This document shows, piece by piece, positions 62,532-64,000 of a stretch of DNA of 64,000 nt (its first letter is position 1; each line of letters opens with the position of its first letter). Both the position numbers and the translations under genes were made by a program. This stretch comes from Bdellovibrionota bacterium (GTDB taxonomy: Bacteria; Bdellovibrionota_C; UBA2361; JBIKUX01). The DNA is taken from the NCBI GenBank assembly GCA_044347345.1, contig JBIKUX010000002.1, forward strand, positions 1-64,000, in the 5' to 3' direction. Below the pieces are notes generated by a model. That model saw nothing but the letters and a program-made list of their open reading frames with translations, was not told the DNA's origin and searched no databases.

Positions 62532-64000
62532 TTAACCAAAATTTACTGTTACCTGCCCAGTAATGTTAATAACAGACCTCCAACTAGTATAAACTACAGC
62601 AATACCGTACTCTGGAAGACCGGCTAGTGCAAAAATAAGCCTCTCCTGTTGCTTAGGAGATAAATCACTTAAAAAATGATCGCATACTAAAAAACTTCTA
62701 ATGCGGGTGATTTGTTTTCCCAGCCTCCGTACACGGCGACTATTAGTCGAGGCAACTTTAGTACTCCTAGAAGAGGAATCAAATGATGCGCATAGGTGCA
62801 ATCGGTTCGGCAATGCACGAGCAATTATTGCTAACCGCTGAAGTACCGGATCTACTGTAATTAATTTAGAGCACAATGTTATCTTGCGAGCATTAAGAAG
62901 GTCATCTTCTATACTAAGAATCTCAGTATAATTATCATCTAACTTATCCTTACCGTGAATAGCTCGAAAAAATAGTTTTAATATTGGATCAAGCTCGGTA
63001 AATGAATGCGCTAGAGTAACAAATTCCCAGAGGGAAATCTGTTTCCCAATCAAGTTTTCATACAAAGTAGAGTCATAAACTCTTATGGTTACTAAAGAAT
63101 TTTCAAGGCCGCTAAAAGCACCGAAAGTTTCATCTCTTACTGCATCTTCCGGCCAATATGATAAATACCGCCCGGGAATACTCAAGGGGGTATAGCGATT
63201 ACTTCTGCCAGACTTTGGACGCTCTTCTTGCCACTTCAATATTCCTTCATCAAAATTTGATTCTCTGGCAAGAGCTTTTGCCAAAAGTGTTTTACCTGAA
63301 CAAGGTGGTCCTACGAGTGCAACTACCCAAACTGAGGAAAATTCTGGCATCACTAAAGTTAACGAGGCTTCATTATCTACTACAAAACCGGAACAATTTA
63401 AGCCTCCTTTTACATTTATTTCACAAAATTTAATTGACTCCCTTTGTTGACAATCAAGTTTTACTAATCGGTTGTTAGCACTAATTTGTAGGAACAGGTT
63501 TGGAACCTTATTGATAAGATGTGGAAAATAATCCGAGCAGAATGGGAGGAATATATCACTTTCTTCTATTTGCAGAGTGTTAAGAATAGCAAATGACCAC
63601 AATAATCGTTCAGTCCATGAGAGTATATCAAATGAAGAAGATAAAAAATGTCTTTTTAGCGCAGGATAAATACTGTTTAAAAATTTGGATTGAGAGGACT
63701 CAGGAAATAATTCTTTAATCCATTTTGTCGCTTCATCAACGGTCATAATCGGAATATGGAAAATATATTTTCCTCCGAGAGTTGGATAATCAGAATTTTG
63801 TTTGACACCAGACCTGATAATTTCCCCGATGCTAGTGCCGAGAGAATCTGTGGGAGGCTTATCAATAAACCAACCTTCTTGAAAATATCCGACGTTTTTT
63901 ACAAAAGACCGACGAACATCAAGTAGAGAAAGTGCAAAAGTTAGATTAGATTGCCCAAATCTCTGCCGCAATGAATCAAGTTGTTTAATATAAGTTTCTG
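62532..64000 (-). CDS. Second degenerate UvrA/ABC-like P-loop protein (5' end beyond window)
   Basis: Frame open to the window edge (..ETYIKQLDSLRQRF); LVGPPCSGKTLL; C-terminus FLVCDHFLSDL..QQERLIFAL..GIAVVYTS..VTVNFG parallels the UvrA end. Confidence 0.55.
   Translation of the reverse strand, partial: ETYIKQLDSLRQRFGQSNLTFALSLLDVRRSFVKNVGYFQEGWFIDKPPTDSLGTSIGEIIRSGVKQNSDYPTLGGKYIFHIPIMTVDEATKWIKELFPESSQSKFLNSIYPALKRHFLSSSFDILSWTERLLWSFAILNTLQIEESDIFLPFCSDYFPHLINKVPNLFLQISANNRLVKLDCQQRESIKFCEINVKGGLNCSGFVVDNEASLTLVMPEFSSVWVVALVGPPCSGKTLLAKALARESNFDEGILKWQEERPKSGRSNRYTPLSIPGRYLSYWPEDAVRDETFGAFSGLENSLVTIRVYDSTLYENLIGKQISLWEFVTLAHSFTELDPILKLFFRAIHGKDKLDDNYTEILSIEDDLLNARKITLCSKLITVDPVLQRLAIIARALPNRLHLCASFDSSSRSTKVASTNSRRVRRLGKQITRIRSFLVCDHFLSDLSPKQQERLIFALAGLPEYGIAVVYTSWRSVINITGQVTVNFG

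Overview
About 64 kb of a low-GC, Gram-negative bacterial chromosome. The order pyrG-kdsA...lptCAB-rpoN-hpf-rapZ-metK, plus mfd-surA and pilT-pilU, resembles deltaproteobacteria/Bdellovibrionota-like lineages (inference). Most of it is housekeeping or core metabolism: mutM, a partial classical menaquinone cluster (menF-D-B-E, menA), an Fe3+-type ABC transporter, a desaturase, kup, algC, pcnB, pssA and two alpha-glucosidases. One decayed IS3-family element lies at 44092-45286. I saw no rRNA, tRNA or CRISPR array. The best candidate for an undescribed system is a tightly coupled six-gene minus-strand operon (16933-23377, possibly extending to 23731). It encodes four uncharacterised membrane proteins (one DUF6754-like), an ASKHA-fold GlmL/MutL-like ATPase and a barrel-sandwich/KOW protein, with no B12 mutase in the window, which suggests an ATP-driven membrane machine. 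Other notable items are two intact but catalytically eroded UvrA-like proteins, a permease-to-binding-protein fusion with an internal signal-peptide-like linker, and an FHA-adenylate cyclase next to a GAF-domain PilB/GspE ATPase. All family calls come from motif recognition by eye; no database searches were run.
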